A stretch of 36,971 nt of DNA from Elusimicrobiota bacterium. GTDB lineage: Bacteria > Elusimicrobiota > Elusimicrobia > UBA1565 > JACRDR01. The stretch lies in assembly GCA_041694815.1 (NCBI GenBank), contig JBGFSC010000022.1, positions 1 to 36,971 on the forward strand, read 5' to 3'. The notes beneath the pieces were generated by a model that did no database searches, was not told the DNA's origin, and saw only the letters and a list, made by a program, of their open reading frames with translations. How positions within the stretch are numbered: the first letter of the stretch is position 1; each line of letters opens with the position of its first letter. Position numbers and translations under genes: made by a program. Shown here piece after piece: positions 1 through 9,980 of this stretch.

Positions 1-173
1 TGGCCGAACAACGTGTTATAATGGGACATAAGAATCCTCCGTCGGTAAGATGGTTCCTGAACAAAACCATTCTACCAATCAGACGGGGGATTCTCTATTT
101 TTCTTGGGACACTACTGCTTTAGGCCCTTCCGCCTTCACGGTGCTTCAATTAACCTTGAGCCGAGGCCAGAAG

Positions 174-977
174 ATGAAAGCGGTCTTGCTATTCAAGATT
201 TCCATGGCAACGGCATTGGCCTCCATATTGACCTGCGGGCCTGCCCTCAATCAAGCCATCGCGTCCGACTTGACGCTTTTCGGGACCCTCGATGACCATC
301 GAGTGATCCAGGCCTCCGTTAGATGGACGGTGGTCCATCGTTTTAGTCCTGACGGCCGCAAACTCGTCACAACCGGGATGGGCCCAGATGGCTTTTTGGT
401 CGCCACCGCATGGGATGTCGAGAGGTGGCAACGCCTAGGATCAGAGCGGCTCCCTGAAGGACACTGTCCCGATGTGAAACCGGATGGCTCCATCATCTGG
501 CTCGACAACGCCTCCGTCAAAAAATGGCATTGGACTCAAAAAAGAACGTTCACCAATTTCACTTCTTTCCCGTACCTCTCGATGGACGATCCGAACCGCG
601 GCGTTGAGGTCTATGAAATTGGGAATCGCATTGCCGTGCTAGACGGCCATGCCGGCGTCGTAAATTCCGTCATCTTTAACCACGATCAGACCAAGGCGAT
701 CACGGCCGGCAGCGATAAGAAGGTGATCGTCTGGGATCTATCCAATGGCAGACCGCTAAAAACCGTTCTCCATGACTGCATCCCTTATTCCGCTCTTCTG
801 AGCCCCGATGAAAGGGAGCTTGTGGCCGGATGCGACGACGGTACGATGCATTTATGGCGGCTTGCTTATTCCCCCGAAGAGCTCCGGGAGCTCGGCCAAC
901 GCTTAGAACGCAAAATCTCAGCGCCAACGCTAGAAGCCGCCGCAGAAACCGCCGAGCTGCGCTTCAAGCTCCACTAA
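174..977 (+). CDS. WD40-repeat protein, probable N-terminal signal sequence
   Basis: WD40-type repeats (GHAGVVNSVIFNHDQTKAITAGSDKKVIVWD; LSPDERELVAGCDDGTMHLW). ORF is open from 21; ATG 174 (MKAVLLF...) preferred because of the hydrophobic N-terminus. Confidence 0.7.
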   Translation: MKAVLLFKISMATALASILTCGPALNQAIASDLTLFGTLDDHRVIQASVRWTVVHRFSPDGRKLVTTGMGPDGFLVATAWDVERWQRLGSERLPEGHCPDVKPDGSIIWLDNASVKKWHWTQKRTFTNFTSFPYLSMDDPNRGVEVYEIGNRIAVLDGHAGVVNSVIFNHDQTKAITAGSDKKVIVWDLSNGRPLKTVLHDCIPYSALLSPDERELVAGCDDGTMHLWRLAYSPEELRELGQRLERKISAPTLEAAAETAELRFKLH

Positions 978-1127
978 AGTTTGCCTCCAAGGACGGCTAA
1001 CGACCGTCAAAGTTTACCGTTCTTCTGGACGTGGAGGATATGACTCGTCAAAAAGCCGCCGCAGGAAGGCAAGCTTGGCGCGGAACTGGCTGGATTTCAA
1101 GCGGGCTCCGCCTGGCCAGCAACTTCA

Positions 1128-1913
1128 TCATTTTTGTCCTCGGATCACGAAAATCCGATGCGGGACATGAAGGGGCTCTGAACTAAATCCCTCCTTTAGC
1201 AGCACCCTAAGATCCGAATCGAAGGCCTCGATCTTGCTCGGATCCTTGAGCGCAATCACCCCGTTACAGGCGCGGAATCTGCCCCGCCATTGCTCGTGTG
1301 TGTATGGCACGTCCTCATCGTAAAAGTAAGAATGAATAGAGCGAAAGGCAGCCACTTCCATAGGCCCTTTCCATTGTTCATACCGCCCATCAAGGCCGGC
1401 CAAATTCCATGCCGGGTTGTGACGCAAAATAAGTTCTTCGGTCGCCGCGGCGACATTCCCCTTCTCCGGCAGGTAAGAAAAATGGGCGATGAGCAAATCC
1501 CCCCCTGGCGCGAGCACCCGGCGGCATTCCATGGCCGCGGCGATGCCGTCGAACCAATGCCAGCACTGGCCCGCGCTGACGACATCGAATTGCTCCACAG
1601 GAAACGGCAAGGATTCGGCTCGGCCATGAACATAGTCGACGCGAAGGCCCTCTCTTTCGCCGATTTCAGCCGCCTGCTCCATGAGTTCCCGGGAAATGTC
1701 GAGGCCGGTAACCTGAGCGCCTTGCTTGGCGAAGCCGCGGGCCAATGTCCCCGTCCCGGTGCCGACGTCGAGAATGCGTTGACCCGGCTTGCCGATCCCC
1801 TCATGGAGCAGGCGATCGAAGAACGATTGAGGAAAGCCCTTCCGGTACTGGGCGTAATCGCGCGCCGTCTTCCCAAAATCGCCGGGAGAAAAAAATGGAA
1901 CCTGGGTAGTCAT
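1128..1913 (-). CDS. Class I SAM-dependent methyltransferase
   Basis: Motif I ILDVGTGTG, VTGLDIS, AESLPF..FDVVSAGQCWHWFD, RVLAPGG. Confidence 0.92.
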   Translation of the reverse strand: MTTQVPFFSPGDFGKTARDYAQYRKGFPQSFFDRLLHEGIGKPGQRILDVGTGTGTLARGFAKQGAQVTGLDISRELMEQAAEIGEREGLRVDYVHGRAESLPFPVEQFDVVSAGQCWHWFDGIAAAMECRRVLAPGGDLLIAHFSYLPEKGNVAAATEELILRHNPAWNLAGLDGRYEQWKGPMEVAAFRSIHSYFYDEDVPYTHEQWRGRFRACNGVIALKDPSKIEAFDSDLRVLLKEGFSSEPLHVPHRIFVIRGQK

Positions 1914-1930
1914 GTCATGGAGGACGCTTG

Positions 1931-2221
1931 TTAAGCCCTCGGCTGTCGATGCTTAAACTCTTGCTCGATTCGTTCTGATAGGTATATTTTCATTAGAGAC
2001 TGGTAGGGGATATCTCTCTTATTGGCGAGCGATCGAAGCTCTTCTAGCATCGATTCCGGAAGGCGCAGGGAAATCGAACGGACGGACGGACGCAGATTCG
2101 GAAAGATAACCCTCTTGCCCCTCTTCCAGTTGAGGTAATCGGCAGAATCATGGGTCGCCCAAAATGCCCTTTCCTCATCCTCGCTCCTAAACCTAGGCAC
2201 TCGGTTCTTCATGGCTGGCAT
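1931..2221 (-). CDS. brnA: BrnA/CopG-like antitoxin of a type II TA pair
   Basis: F.SEDEERAFWATHDS..Y N-terminus, RHH-type ISLRLPESML...IPYQSLMK C-terminus; overlaps the end of the BrnT gene. Confidence 0.85.
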   Translation of the reverse strand: MPAMKNRVPRFRSEDEERAFWATHDSADYLNWKRGKRVIFPNLRPSVRSISLRLPESMLEELRSLANKRDIPYQSLMKIYLSERIEQEFKHRQPRA

Positions 2222-2510
2222 AAACCTCCCTTTCCTTGCGACTCATGTCCCGCGCTGAAACTATCCGGATCAACCTTCTGCGCATCGTAAAGACTGCAAA
2301 CAGTTTTCGCCTAGCATCCGTCTGGCCCAAAACGTAGAAACGAGCTTCATTTCGTGAATGCGCATCGTCCAAGTCAACGATGAGCGGCTCATTGAAGAAT
2401 ATCTGTTCACATTCGAAAGGCGATACCTTGTGCTTTTGCCATATCCTTTCAACATTTCCCTTGTCCCAGTCGAATCCGGCGCACTTGAGAGGCTCTAGGC
2501 GCACAACCAC
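2193..2510 (-). CDS. brnT: BrnT family ribonuclease toxin
   Basis: FDWDKGN...KHKVS..ECEQIF, HSRNEARFYVLGQT, RIVSARDMSRKER. True start may be GTG 2504. Confidence 0.9.
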   Translation of the reverse strand: MVVRLEPLKCAGFDWDKGNVERIWQKHKVSPFECEQIFFNEPLIVDLDDAHSRNEARFYVLGQTDARRKLFAVFTMRRRLIRIVSARDMSRKEREVYASHEEPSA

Positions 2511-2511
2511 G

Positions 2512-2541
2512 AGTATATATCTATAATATACATGTCGTCAA
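2512..2541 (-). promoter_or_regulatory. Sigma70-like promoter of brnTA
   Basis: Minus strand TTGACG (2541-2536), 18-nt spacer, TATACT (2517-2512), in a local AT-rich patch. Confidence 0.55.
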
Positions 2542-2598
2542 GGGGCGTAATCATGCTGCGCAACGCGAACGCAATAGGCTAAACTACATCGCCCTGTT

Positions 2599-3372
2599 AT
2601 GACCCATCTAGTTTCCATTTTGGCCTTCGGGTTTTGGCTGGGGATGCGCCATGCCACTGACGCCGATCATGTCGTGGCCGTGTCGACCCTCGTCTCGCAG
2701 CGGAGAAAATTCGGCCGGGCGTGGCTGCTCGGCGCGTTCTGGGGAATCGGCCACGCCGTGACGATAGCCCTGGGGGGCATCGCCATTATCTTGCTGAAAT
2801 TGGAGATCCCGGCGCGCCTGGGCCTATCGATGGAGTTTGCCGTCGGCTTAATCCTTATCCTCCTCGGGCTCATGAATATCGCGGGCTACCGCCTGGCCGC
2901 CGCGGACGCGGAGATTCATTCCCATGCGCATGATCACGACGATCTCGAGCATCGCCACGACGCGGACCATCCCGTCGGCACCTCCCACTCGCACCCGCAC
3001 GTTCATGGGCCGCTCCATGAGCGATGGAGGGCCTTGCTGCTGGATGTCGGCCGTCCTCAAATCCTCCGATCCCTCTTCGTCGGCCTGGTCCATGGGCTCG
3101 CCGGAAGCGCCGCGCTCTCGCTGCTGGTCTTGGCCTCGATCGATAGCCCGCGAGAGGCGGCGTTCTTCATCCTCACTTTTTGCACCGGAACCCTGGCCGG
3201 GATGCTCGTCCTTAGCGTGTTCATGGAATTTTCGATGACCCGTTTGGCCAAATGGTGGCGCCCCGCGGATCGCGCGTTGTCCATCGGCACCGGAGTGCTG
3301 AGCCTGCTCGTCGGGCTATACGTGGCTTATGAGACCGGCTGGGTCCACGGACTGTTTCGAGCCGTCAAGTGA
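2599..3372 (+). CDS. Nickel/cobalt transporter (NiCoT/UreH-like)
   Basis: RHATDADH signature, GIGH, His-rich loop (HSHAHDHDD...HSHPHVH), GLVHGLAGS, several TM helices. Confidence 0.88.
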   Translation: MTHLVSILAFGFWLGMRHATDADHVVAVSTLVSQRRKFGRAWLLGAFWGIGHAVTIALGGIAIILLKLEIPARLGLSMEFAVGLILILLGLMNIAGYRLAAADAEIHSHAHDHDDLEHRHDADHPVGTSHSHPHVHGPLHERWRALLLDVGRPQILRSLFVGLVHGLAGSAALSLLVLASIDSPREAAFFILTFCTGTLAGMLVLSVFMEFSMTRLAKWWRPADRALSIGTGVLSLLVGLYVAYETGWVHGLFRAVK

Positions 3373-3413
3373 ATACCATTGCAATTTTCAGGCACATCTG
3401 TTAAAAAGTAATC

Positions 3414-3791
3414 GTGCGAGTCTCTTCGCTACTGACGGCATTCTCCCTGCTCTTTGCGGCTCTATGCCCCCTGGGCCCGCACGCTCTCGTCCACGCCTTT
3501 AATTTCCAACACGTTCACCAGCATGACGACGGCCAGGCCCATGAGCACGAACATGACTCCGACGGCCATCACCATGAAATAGAGGTTTCGGCCGACAACG
3601 CGAGGATTTTTGTCGCCGGGACCCGCTTCCTTCGCCCGCATATCCTGGAATGGCCCGCCCCATCGGCCGCATCGATCTCCGGGGTCGCGGCCCCACCGCG
3701 GACGCGCGCTCCGTCCCTAGCCCCCCCCTCACGGGGCATGCCACAGTCCCTCGTCGCCTCGCATCTCGGCCAACGAGCTCCCCCCGCCTAA
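3414..3791 (+). CDS. Small His-rich exported protein (CzcI-like position upstream of the RND pump)
   Basis: Signal-like N-terminus, HVHQHDDGQAHEHEHDSDGHHH, C-terminal RAPP motif. Confidence 0.55.
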   Translation: MRVSSLLTAFSLLFAALCPLGPHALVHAFNFQHVHQHDDGQAHEHEHDSDGHHHEIEVSADNARIFVAGTRFLRPHILEWPAPSAASISGVAAPPRTRAPSLAPPSRGMPQSLVASHLGQRAPPA

Positions 3792-3856
3792 TCCCGGCCC
3801 GTTAGACATCCGTAGTATTTTCAACCTCGTTTCGTATATTGGATTCTCGGAGCTAT

Positions 3857-6800
3857 ATGCTCAACGCCATCATTCGCCTCTCTTTGCGCAACCGCCTTGC
3901 CGTGCTGGCTGCGGCGGCGGCGCTCAGCGTCTACGGGGCCTGGATCGCCGTTAGGCTGCCGATAGATGTGTTCCCAGATTTGAACCGGCCCACGGTCACC
4001 ATCTTGACGGAAGCCCACGGCTTGGCTCCCGAAGAAGTAGAAACCCTGGTGACCCTCCCCATCGAATCCGCGCTCAACGGGACTCCCGGCGTCATCCGGG
4101 TGCGCTCCTCCAGCGGCATCGGGATATCCATCGTCTACGTGGAGTTCGACTGGGGCACCGAGATATTCCGCAACCGGCAGCTCGTCTCCGAGCGACTCGG
4201 GCTCCTCAGAGACCGCCTACCGACGGGCATAGCGCCGGTCATGGGGCCAGTGAGCTCCATCATGGGCGAGATCCAGTTCGCCGGGCTGACCAGTACCGAC
4301 GTAGGCGTGGGGCCCATGGAGCTGCGCACCTTGGCGGACTGGGTCGTGCGGCCCAGGCTCATGACCCTCTCGGGGATCAGCCAAGTAATCGTCATGGGCG
4401 GGCAGGTCAAGCAGTATCAGATTCTCGTCTCGAGCGATAAGCTCCAGCGCAAGGGCATCTCCCTGGAAGACCTCAAACACGCCCTCTCCGAGATCAGCGA
4501 GAACACCACCGGCGGCTTCATCGACTTGGACGGCAAGGAATTCCTGATCCGCCCCCTGGGCCGCGTGGAGTCTATTGAGGAGATCGAGAACTCCCCCGTG
4601 GGCCTGCACCTGGGACGACCGGTGCTCGTCAAGGATATCGCCGAGGTCCGCGTCGGTGCCAGGCCCAAACGCGGCGACGCCAGCGTCAACGGCAAGCACG
4701 CCGTCGTGATGACGATCCAGAAGCAGCCAGGGGCGAGCACGATCGAACTCACGCGGAAGATCGACGCCATGCTGGCCGAACTCCAGAAGGGCCTGCCTCG
4801 AGGGGTGCGCCTGGAAGCGGATCTGTTCAAACAGTCGCGCTTCATCGAGGCGGCCATCTCGAACGTCGAGGAGGCCCTGCGCGACGGTGCGATCATGGTG
4901 GCCGTCATTCTCTTCCTTTTCCTCGTCAACCTGCGCACCACCGCCATCACCCTCGTCACCATCCCGCTTTCGCTTTTGATCACGGCTATCGTCTTTAAGC
5001 TAATGGGCCTGGGGATCAACACCATGACCCTGGGGGGCCTGGCGGTTGCCATCGGCGAGCTGGTCGATGACGCCATCGTGGACGTCGAGAATGTCTTCCG
5101 GAGGCTCCGCGAGAACCGGGCCGCAGGGAACCCGAAGAACCCCTTGCGCGTCGTCTATGACGCCTCCTCCGAGGTGCGCAACTCCATCGTGTTCTCGACC
5201 ATTGTCGTCGTTCTGGTCTTCATCCCGCTATTCGCCCTGGGCGGAATCGAGGGGCGCCTGTTCGCGCCGTTGGGAGTGGCCTACATCGTCTCGCTGACCG
5301 CCTCCCTGGCGGTTTCCCTCACGGTAACACCGACTCTCTGCTCCTATCTCCTCCCCAACGCAACGGCCATAACCCGCCATGAGGATGGGGCTTTCGTCCG
5401 CTGGCTCAAAGGCCTCGACCGCAAGGTGCTCGCGCATACGATCCGCCGGCCCGGCGAGGTCCTTGGCGGCTGCGCTCTCCTGCTGGCCGGGGCCCTGGCC
5501 CTTCTGCCCTTGATGGGGCGCAACTTCCTTCCCGCCTTCAACGAGGGCACGGCCACCATCGGGGTGGCTGCCGCTCCCGGCATATCCCTGGAGGCCTCCG
5601 ACGCGCTGGGGACGAAGATAGAGGAGGCGATGCTCTCCATCCCCGAGGTCAAGTCCACGATTCGCCGCACGGGCCGCGCCGAGATGGACGAGCATGCGGA
5701 GGGGGTGCACTGGAGCGAGATCGACGTGGACTTCAAGGAGGGCGGACGACCGCGCGCCGTCGTGCTTGAGCAGCTCCGCGAGAAGGTTGAGAGGGTGGGA
5801 GACGTCTACGTCAATATTGGCCAGCCCATCAGTCATCGGCTCGACCATCTGCTCTCCGGGGTGCGGGCCCAGATCGCGGTCAAGGTATCGGGTCCCGAGA
5901 TGAGCGAGCTGCGGCGGCTGGGTGCCCAGGTCGAAAAGCTCCTTAAGGGCGTCCCCGGGATCGTGGATCTGTCCCTGGAACCCCTGGTCTTAATCCCGCA
6001 GCTCAAGATCGCCATCGACCGCGAGGAGGCAAGCCGCTACGGCGTCCGTCCTGGAACATTGGCCCAGGACCTGGAGATCGCCTTAAACGGCGAAGCCGTG
6101 GGCTCGGTGCTCGAGAAGCAGCGGATCTTCGACATATTCATGCGCTTAGATGAGCGCTCGCGGGCCGATCCCGAGTCCATCAAGTCCACATTGGTCAAGA
6201 CCCTACCCACGGGGCAGCTCATCCGCGTCGGCGATCTGGCCGAGGTCTACAAGGGGACCGGCCCCAACATGATCAACCGCGAGCAGCTGCAGAGGCGCAT
6301 CGTTGTCTCCGCCAACTCGCATGGCCGGGACCTGGGAAGCCTCATCGAGGAGATCCAGGCCAAGGTGGCCGAGGGCGTCAAGCTGCCGGAGGGCTACTTC
6401 GTCAGCTACGGCGGCCAGTTCGAAAGCCAGCAGAAGGCCTCGCGCCTGCTGTTATGGCTCGCCGTCGCCTCCATGATCGGGATATTCCTGGTGCTCTACG
6501 CCCACTTCCGCTCGACGGTCCTGACGCTGCAGGTCATGCTCAACGTTCCGCTGGCCTTGATCGGCAGCATCCTCGCCATCTACCTCACCGAGCGGGTACT
6601 CTCGGTGGCCACCTTGATCGCCTTCATCACGCTTTGCGGCATCGCCACGCGAAACGGGATCATGATGATCAGCCATTACATCCATCTCATGAAGGAGGAG
6701 GGCGAGGAGTTCAGCGAGAAGATGGTGGTCCGGGGCTCCTTGGAGCGATTGGTCCCGGTGCTCATGACGGCCCTGACCGCCGCCCTGGCCCTCGTGCCCT

Positions 6801-7003
6801 TGCTGCTTTCTCGAGGCGAGCCGGGCAAGGAGATCCTCTATCCCGTGGCCGTCGTGATCGTGGGCGGGCTATTCTCCTCGACGCTCTTGGACATCGTCGT
6901 CACGCCCGCCGTGTTCTACCGGTTTGGAAGGAAATCGGCCGAAAAATTGATCGAGCTGGAAAAATCAGAAGCCGAAAAAGCCGCGAAAGGAGAGCTGCTA
7001 TGA
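3857..7003 (+). CDS. czcA: CusA/CzcA family heavy-metal efflux RND transporter
   Basis: About 1048 aa; LPIDVFPDL, GLAPEEVE, AIGELVDDAIVDVEN, RNGIMMI, ERLVPVLMTAL. ATG 3857 preferred over TTG 3839. Confidence 0.93.
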   Translation: MLNAIIRLSLRNRLAVLAAAAALSVYGAWIAVRLPIDVFPDLNRPTVTILTEAHGLAPEEVETLVTLPIESALNGTPGVIRVRSSSGIGISIVYVEFDWGTEIFRNRQLVSERLGLLRDRLPTGIAPVMGPVSSIMGEIQFAGLTSTDVGVGPMELRTLADWVVRPRLMTLSGISQVIVMGGQVKQYQILVSSDKLQRKGISLEDLKHALSEISENTTGGFIDLDGKEFLIRPLGRVESIEEIENSPVGLHLGRPVLVKDIAEVRVGARPKRGDASVNGKHAVVMTIQKQPGASTIELTRKIDAMLAELQKGLPRGVRLEADLFKQSRFIEAAISNVEEALRDGAIMVAVILFLFLVNLRTTAITLVTIPLSLLITAIVFKLMGLGINTMTLGGLAVAIGELVDDAIVDVENVFRRLRENRAAGNPKNPLRVVYDASSEVRNSIVFSTIVVVLVFIPLFALGGIEGRLFAPLGVAYIVSLTASLAVSLTVTPTLCSYLLPNATAITRHEDGAFVRWLKGLDRKVLAHTIRRPGEVLGGCALLLAGALALLPLMGRNFLPAFNEGTATIGVAAAPGISLEASDALGTKIEEAMLSIPEVKSTIRRTGRAEMDEHAEGVHWSEIDVDFKEGGRPRAVVLEQLREKVERVGDVYVNIGQPISHRLDHLLSGVRAQIAVKVSGPEMSELRRLGAQVEKLLKGVPGIVDLSLEPLVLIPQLKIAIDREEASRYGVRPGTLAQDLEIALNGEAVGSVLEKQRIFDIFMRLDERSRADPESIKSTLVKTLPTGQLIRVGDLAEVYKGTGPNMINREQLQRRIVVSANSHGRDLGSLIEEIQAKVAEGVKLPEGYFVSYGGQFESQQKASRLLLWLAVASMIGIFLVLYAHFRSTVLTLQVMLNVPLALIGSILAIYLTERVLSVATLIAFITLCGIATRNGIMMISHYIHLMKEEGEEFSEKMVVRGSLERLVPVLMTALTAALALVPLLLSRGEPGKEILYPVAVVIVGGLFSSTLLDIVVTPAVFYRFGRKSAEKLIELEKSEAEKAAKGELL

Positions 7004-7446
7004 GATACCTGGGGATATTGCTTGCCGCGGCGTTGCCCGCGACCGCCCTTGCCCACGAGGAGGGGCATGGGCCGAGGCTGGGAGATGTCGGAAAAATGGG
7101 CGGCGTCGTCACCGCGGTGGTGCTGGCCAAGCAGGCGAGGCTCGGACCGAAGGCCGCGCTGGTCTATAAGGCGGAGCTTGTGCGCTCCGAGGATGGCACC
7201 GCGCGCGTCTACCTCTACGACAAGGACATGCGGCCGTTGGACCTGGCCAGGTTCGGCAAGAACGCCAGGGCCGTTCTGGAGACGGTCAAAAAGAAGAAAG
7301 TGACCAGAATTCCCTTTGCCTTAAAGGCGGAGGGCGACGCTTTCGTCGGCAGGGCTCCGAAGGCCAGATCCAAGCCCTTCAACATCGACGTCGCCTTCGA
7401 GGAAGGGGACAGGGAACTCCTGGCGGCCTTCGACAATCTAGATTAA
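7000..7446 (+). CDS. Periplasmic hypothetical protein (148 aa) between the RND pump and TolC
   Basis: ATGA overlap with the RND stop codon; signal peptide MRYLGILLAAALPATALA followed by HEEGHG. Confidence 0.75.
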   Translation: MRYLGILLAAALPATALAHEEGHGPRLGDVGKMGGVVTAVVLAKQARLGPKAALVYKAELVRSEDGTARVYLYDKDMRPLDLARFGKNARAVLETVKKKKVTRIPFALKAEGDAFVGRAPKARSKPFNIDVAFEEGDRELLAAFDNLD

Positions 7447-7448
7447 AA

Positions 7449-8696
7449 ATGCAGTGTCTGGCGATTCTTTGGCTCCTGTGTAACCCGAGCACTGGCCTTG
7501 CTCAGGAGCTGGAGCTGCGCTTCGAGGACCTGCCTAGGCTGATCTCGGAGAAAAACCAAGCAGCCGCGGGGACGGGCTTGCTCGTCGAATCCGCCCGCGC
7601 CCGGACGGGATATCTGCGGCGCTCGTATCTGCCGACGATCGGCGCCGGGGCCGGCGGAGAAAGGTTCCAGACCGGCCCCTACGGCTTCGAGACCCAGCCC
7701 TACGGCCAGCTCGAGGCCAGGCTCAATCTCTACCAGGGCGGTCGAGACCGGCTCGAGGACGAGCTGCGAGAGCGGCAGATCGCATGGTTTAACGCCGAGG
7801 CGCGTCGCACCCATGCGGCCGAGCTGCTCTTGGCGCGCAGGACGTACTGGGAGCTCGTGTCGAATGAGGAAACCGCGAAGATCATGGAGGAGGCTCTCTC
7901 TCAAAACGAGAAGCTGATGGAGACGGCCGACCGACGCATCCGCCGCGGCCTGGCGACCGAGGCCGATCGGCTGGAGTTCGAGATCAACCGCTCGCAGCTC
8001 AAGGAGGATCTCGAGAGCCTCAATCACGCCGCCATCCTGCTTCGAATCCGCCTGGCGGCCGTTCTCGGCATGGCGCCTGGGACTCGCATTAAAACGCCCC
8101 AGAGGATAGAGCACCTGCACGACGACGCCCTGCTGGCCGCCGCCTTCGATCCAGCCGCGCACCCGGACGTCGAGGGCTTAAAAGCCAGATCGCGAAGCCT
8201 GAGCGTCGAGCGCGGCAGGGCGCTGAGATGGTGGGGCCCCTCCTTGGATCTCTACGGCGGCTATTATCTCTACACGCTGCGCGACCGTGACTTCCGGAGC
8301 CAGAGCCGGCGCGACGACCAGGTGGCCGGACTGCGGCTGAGCGTAGGGCTATTCGACGGCCTCCAGTCCCGGACCGAGGCGGGGGCGCTGGCCCTCCAAG
8401 CGGAAGGGCTTGCCCGGCAAAGGGCGCAGCGGGAAAACGCGGTGGAGGCCGAGGTCCGCGTCGCCAAAGAAGACTTGAGGCATGACCACGAGCTGATCCA
8501 TTACTCCGAGGAGCGCATCGAGCAGGCCAGGAGGTACCTTGCCCGCACCCTTGAGGAGTACGAGCGCGGGGTGAAGAATTCGCCGGACGCGCTGGCCGCC
8601 GCGCAGAGATACTTGGCGTACCGGCGGCAGTACGCCGAACGGCGCCGGAATTACCAGCTGACGAAGGCGGCCTTGTCGGCGCTTTTAGGCCAGTGA
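7449..8696 (+). CDS. TolC/outer membrane efflux protein
   Basis: Signal peptide and two OEP-like halves (RSYLPTIG...; RRGLATEADRL; EEYERGVKNSPDAL); same operon as the RND pump. Confidence 0.85.
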   Translation: MQCLAILWLLCNPSTGLAQELELRFEDLPRLISEKNQAAAGTGLLVESARARTGYLRRSYLPTIGAGAGGERFQTGPYGFETQPYGQLEARLNLYQGGRDRLEDELRERQIAWFNAEARRTHAAELLLARRTYWELVSNEETAKIMEEALSQNEKLMETADRRIRRGLATEADRLEFEINRSQLKEDLESLNHAAILLRIRLAAVLGMAPGTRIKTPQRIEHLHDDALLAAAFDPAAHPDVEGLKARSRSLSVERGRALRWWGPSLDLYGGYYLYTLRDRDFRSQSRRDDQVAGLRLSVGLFDGLQSRTEAGALALQAEGLARQRAQRENAVEAEVRVAKEDLRHDHELIHYSEERIEQARRYLARTLEEYERGVKNSPDALAAAQRYLAYRRQYAERRRNYQLTKAALSALLGQ

Positions 8697-8934
8697 CTCC
8701 GGGCCCCGGCTACTTGCAGAAGGCAGGCCTAGGAACGTTCGAACGGAGCGTCGAGCGCGCGGCGATCATTCCGCCTCCCAAGGTTGGATTGTTTTTTAAA
8801 GATTACGCTTGAGGACGTCGGGCACATCGTTACCAGCTAACGAACGCTGAAGCAGGCTAAAGTCGAAGGGATAGTGATCTAAAAGCACGGGAGGGAATTA
8901 GCGAACGATATTGGGGCCTGCGGACGCTCGATGA

Positions 8935-9100
8935 CTCTGCTTGCCGATCGAAGCTTGCTAAGCCGCTCGATTCTTGGCGAGCAGAAACTTGTTAAAAAAA
9001 TCCTGGACCGACTTGAAAGGCTCTTTCTTGAGCCGACACTTGGCCAGGAATTCAGCCAGTCTAGAGTCTACACCAGACATGTGCGAAGCGCTCCGGCAAG
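8935..9100 (-). pseudogene. Internally deleted abiEii relic with premature stop
   Basis: Translates CRSASHMSGVDSRLAEF-LAKCRLKKEPFKSVQDFFNKFLLAKNRAA*QASIGKQ, matching two segments about 340 bp apart in the intact AbiEii gene (14921-15748); TGG changed to TAG at 8960-8958. Confidence 0.85.
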
Positions 9101-9149
9101 GCGCGGAATGAGTCACGAGTCATTTCCGTCCGAGAGGACCGGTCAGTCT

Positions 9150-9980
9150 TCATTTTCCGACGTAATCGATGACGACTCCATCCGGCTTGACCGCTCGAAC
9201 CACGCAGACGAGCCATTCGGGATGGCCTCCCTTGCCGTTTTCCGGCATCGGAGGAATCCTCTCTTCCCAAAAAACGGGTAAAGCGCCGCGATACCGATAC
9301 GTCTTAGGCGCCGGATGGGTGATCGGCCAGTAGACGGGCTTGCCGATCGCCTGCTCGGGGCGGCTGAGCACGTCCTCATAGCTCAACGCCAGGCGCTTGG
9401 CTTGAATTCGCAACAATCTTGCCGGCCGCTGTGCGAGCCAGTATCGATAGCCCTCGGGAGCTCTGATTGCCAGATAAGCGGAGAAGGCCGCGATCAACGC
9501 GGCGCAGGCGTATCGCTCCAGCCGCGTCAAAGAAATTCTGGGGAGTCGTACGGGCGCCAATTCGGCCTCCAACGAGGCGATTCCAACACCAATGAAAAGG
9601 CATTTGGGAAGGCCGAAGAGTAGATTCACGGCGGCTAGCGAAGCCGGAATGTCGAGCCAAATAAACGCCGACAACGTGCCCGACACGACCCAGAATCCCC
9701 AGACCAGCAGGCCGAAGATCGATCCGTTCGCAAGCACCGTTCCGGTCAACGCCGGCCGGATTCGACGGAATGCCCAAAGGGCTATCGCGCCATTGACGAG
9801 TTCGGCGGCAAACCCAAGCTCGAACAGAGGCGCCAAACGAAAAGCCGGCAAGTGACGAACAGCAAAGTAGGGGCCGGCGGCGACGGGATTCCATGAGAAA
9901 ATGAAATCGGCGACCGCAAAGAGCAGGCTCACGAAAAGCCAGCGCGCGAACGTCCGGAGCCTATGCTGACTTATAGGCAT
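9150..9980 (-). CDS. Hypothetical membrane protein
   Basis: About five hydrophobic segments plus a soluble C-terminus; ORF is open from 10058, start uncertain. Confidence 0.5.
   Translation of the reverse strand: MPISQHRLRTFARWLFVSLLFAVADFIFSWNPVAAGPYFAVRHLPAFRLAPLFELGFAAELVNGAIALWAFRRIRPALTGTVLANGSIFGLLVWGFWVVSGTLSAFIWLDIPASLAAVNLLFGLPKCLFIGVGIASLEAELAPVRLPRISLTRLERYACAALIAAFSAYLAIRAPEGYRYWLAQRPARLLRIQAKRLALSYEDVLSRPEQAIGKPVYWPITHPAPKTYRYRGALPVFWEERIPPMPENGKGGHPEWLVCVVRAVKPDGVVIDYVGK

Noticed and set aside
105..134. TGGGAC/TAGGCC motif pair before the WD40 gene
   Set aside because: Spacing of 16 bp does not fit the 22-24-bp period, so it was left out of the motif set.
6454..6999. 330-aa ORF starting at 6454
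   Set aside because: The first 182 codons overlap the RND gene out of frame; the real gene starts at ATG 7000 with a signal peptide.
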